From positions 87,188,465 through 87,239,625 of the forward strand of contig NC_068981.1 in assembly GCF_001194135.2 (NCBI RefSeq): a DNA stretch of 51,161 nt, given 5' to 3'. The notes under the pieces were generated by a model. It was not told the origin of the DNA. It was given only the letters and a program-made list of their open reading frames with translations, and did no database searches. The position numbers and the translations under genes are program-made. Source of the DNA: Octopus bimaculoides. Taxonomy: Eukaryota. Of this stretch, positions 49,004 to 51,161 are shown one piece after another (the first letter of the stretch is position 1; each line of letters begins with the position of its first letter).

Positions 49004-49174
49004 CTTGTCAAGTGCACTCTGCACAATCATTTCACTTTCGGTGTCTAGGGCTGAAGTCGCTTCATCAAGCAACAAAAACAAGGGTTTTCTAACTAAAGCA
49101 CGTGCAATAGCGATTCTTTGTTTCTGGCCTCCACTCAGTTGCGTTCCTCTTTCACCAACTAATGTATTGTATTT
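49004..49174 (-). CDS. ABCB1: ABCB1-like P-glycoprotein exon, NBD1 signature/Walker B/D-loop (171 nt, phase 0-0)
   Basis: tttctag|AAA...AAG|gtacgt. Translates [57 protein letters not shown], with LSGGQ, LLLDE and SALD. Same size as the matching human ABCB1 exon as I recall it. The exact paralog cannot be fixed without a phylogeny. Confidence 0.98.
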
Positions 49175-49679
49175 CTAGAAATTTAAAAATTTGTTCTTTA
49201 AAGTTTGTTAATATCTATTAATTGCAAAATAACATTCTAAGGTATATTTACGAAGCAGTCTTTTTTATAAGAGCATTTAGTGTGATAATTTTGGTAATAA
49301 TTGGTATTGAAATACTCAATGTATAATTTTCTGAATACAAAGCAGAGAAATCAAGAGATACCATAATTGAATATTATATTACTCTTGTAAATGTTTTTGA
49401 TATCAACAACGTTTTTGTTTTGTTTTGCTTTACTTTACTTTTTACAGAATAAAATATGATATAAAGATAGGATGAATACGGCTGCTTGTTTTGTTTTGTT
49501 TTTTAGATGCATACTAATTTTTTATTAATTACATTATGACCAACAATCAGATAATGCAGTTGTCCAGATGCTGGTTTTTATCACAAAAACTAATCAGATG
49601 AACTGTTCAGACAAGACTGTGCATTCTAAAATATCAAAATCTGTGCAATCATTTCTCTTGTAATATATAATGTGTGTAA

Positions 49680-49890
49680 GGCGGTGAGCTGGCAGAAACG
49701 TTAGCACGCCGGGCGAAATACTTAGCGGCATTTCGTTTGTCTTTACGTTCTGAGTTCAAATTCTGCTGAGGTCGACTTTGCTTTTCATCCTTTCGGGGTT
49801 GATAAATTAAGTACCAGTTGCGTACTGAGGGCGATCTAATCGACTGCCCCCCTTCCCCAAAAATTTCGGGCCTTGTGCCTAAAGTGAAAA
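49680..49890 (+). mobile_element. SINE family B, full length
   Basis: ggcggtgagctggcagaaacgttagc; B box gagttcaaattc; core gtcgactttgcttttcatcctttcggggttgataaattaagtacca. Confidence 0.88.
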
Positions 49891-50059
49891 GAATATGTGT
49901 GTGTGTATAAAACAAGTTTAAAATATGCCCAACACATTCCTTTCAAACTAGAAGCTTATTTAAAAGAATAAAGTTGTTGTCACCTACCTTTCAAATCGAA
50001 ACTACGTTCCTTCTATGCAGAGAAGAGACTTAACAAAAGAATTTACTAGGCTATTTAAT

Positions 50060-50190
50060 ATTCTTTTCTACTCTAGACACAAGGCCGAAAATTTGGGGGA
50101 AGGGGGCCAGTCGATTAGATCGACTCCAGTACGCAACTGGTACTTAATTTATCGACCCCGAAAGGATGAAAGCAAAGTTGACCTCGGTGG
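50060..50190 (-). mobile_element. SINE family B, 3' part, inverted relative to 49680-49890
   Basis: Reverse complement matches ~49770-49890 closely. Confidence 0.85.
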
Positions 50191-50544
50191 AATAGGCTAT
50201 TAAACATTCAAAAAATCATGATTTCGTTTGTAAATGTACTATTTACAAATTCCATGGAATCTTTTAGAACAAGAAAAGATTTTTAGCATCTGATATTCTA
50301 AATTCAATTATGGTTTTCACTGATACCTTTAGAGTATGGCTCCTAAAATATTTCAGTTTCAGGTTTATTAATATAATTCAGTTACCATACTCAATTACTT
50401 TGTTCAAGCAAGTGTACATTGGAGCGTTTTAGCTGTAAAGTTTAATTTAATCGTTACTTATAGATTAATATAAACAATGAGATTTGACTATAGATTCAAA
50501 ATATTTTCTACGCAATACCTATAAAAATACTTAGAGCTCTTATT

Positions 50545-50596
<52 letters not shown>

Positions 50597-50606
50597 NNNN
50601 NNNNNN

Positions 50607-50639
<33 letters not shown>

Positions 50640-50643
<4 letters not shown>

Positions 50644-51161
50644 AAGTTTGTCACGATCTCCGTCAGTGTGCTGCTGATGATCCATCCTTCATGTCGAGTA
50701 TTATCTCTGGTGACGAGAGTTAAGGTCCATGGGTACGACCCTGAGACGAAGCACCAGTCGTCACAATTGGAGAGCCCTTCATCTCTACGACCGAAGAAGG
50801 CACGACAGAGCCGCAGCTCAATCAAGAGCATTCTCGTCGTATTTTTCGACACCAGCAGTATTGTGCATCGAAAATTTGTCCCTCAAGGCCAGACCGTCAA
50901 TCTAGGGTTCTACTCTAGATTGACATTTTGAAGCGTTTAAGAGAGGGCATTCGGCGAAAGCAACCAAATCTGTGGCGCACGAAGGATTGGATTCTTCACG
51001 ACGACAACGCTCCCTCATCGAGCTCTCCTCACTCGTGAGTTTCTCGCCAAAAACAACATGGTATCGCTTCCACACCCGCTCTATTCACCAGATTTAGCAC
51101 CTGCGGACTTTCATCTCTTCCCCAAGAAGAAAATGCAGCTGAAAGATTACCGTTTTAACAC
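50640..51161 (+). mobile_element. Mariner transposase catalytic region, decayed, running off the window end
   Basis: GYDPETKHQSSQ...PKKARQSRSSIKSILVVFFD...FVPQGQTVN; HDDNA; LPHPLYSPDLAPADFHLFPK. Confidence 0.93.

Overview
Eukaryotic, AT-rich, microsatellite-dense intronic DNA with 12 N-gaps. The SINE families and simple repeats point to an octopus genome, probably a short-read Octopus assembly (inference, not a database match). One host gene runs through the window on the minus strand: a full-size ABCB/P-glycoprotein (MDR1/ABCB1-like) transporter. I reconstructed 12 GT-AG exons between 429 and 49174. They total 1476 nt (492 aa) and join in one open frame, covering the C-terminal half of NBD1, the linker and TM7-TM12; both ends of the gene lie outside the window. 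The introns hold a wide range of decayed mobile elements: mariner, Tc1, Tigger/pogo, hAT, Merlin, MITEs, a solo LTR, R4/Dong, RTE, Tx1 and CR1-like LINEs, two Penelope-like elements and two tRNA-derived SINE families. The main unexpected signal is 11 minimal type-I hammerhead ribozyme (HHR) motifs, five with an intact core; three of those five lie on the ABCB sense strand. One sense HHR (12081-12125) sits in a ~440-bp inverted repeat whose other arm is transcribed first. That arm would pair with the ribozyme and leave A-C mismatches at core bases A6 and A9, suggesting a possible antisense/ADAR lock. All folds and alignments were done by eye and none of the activities is tested.
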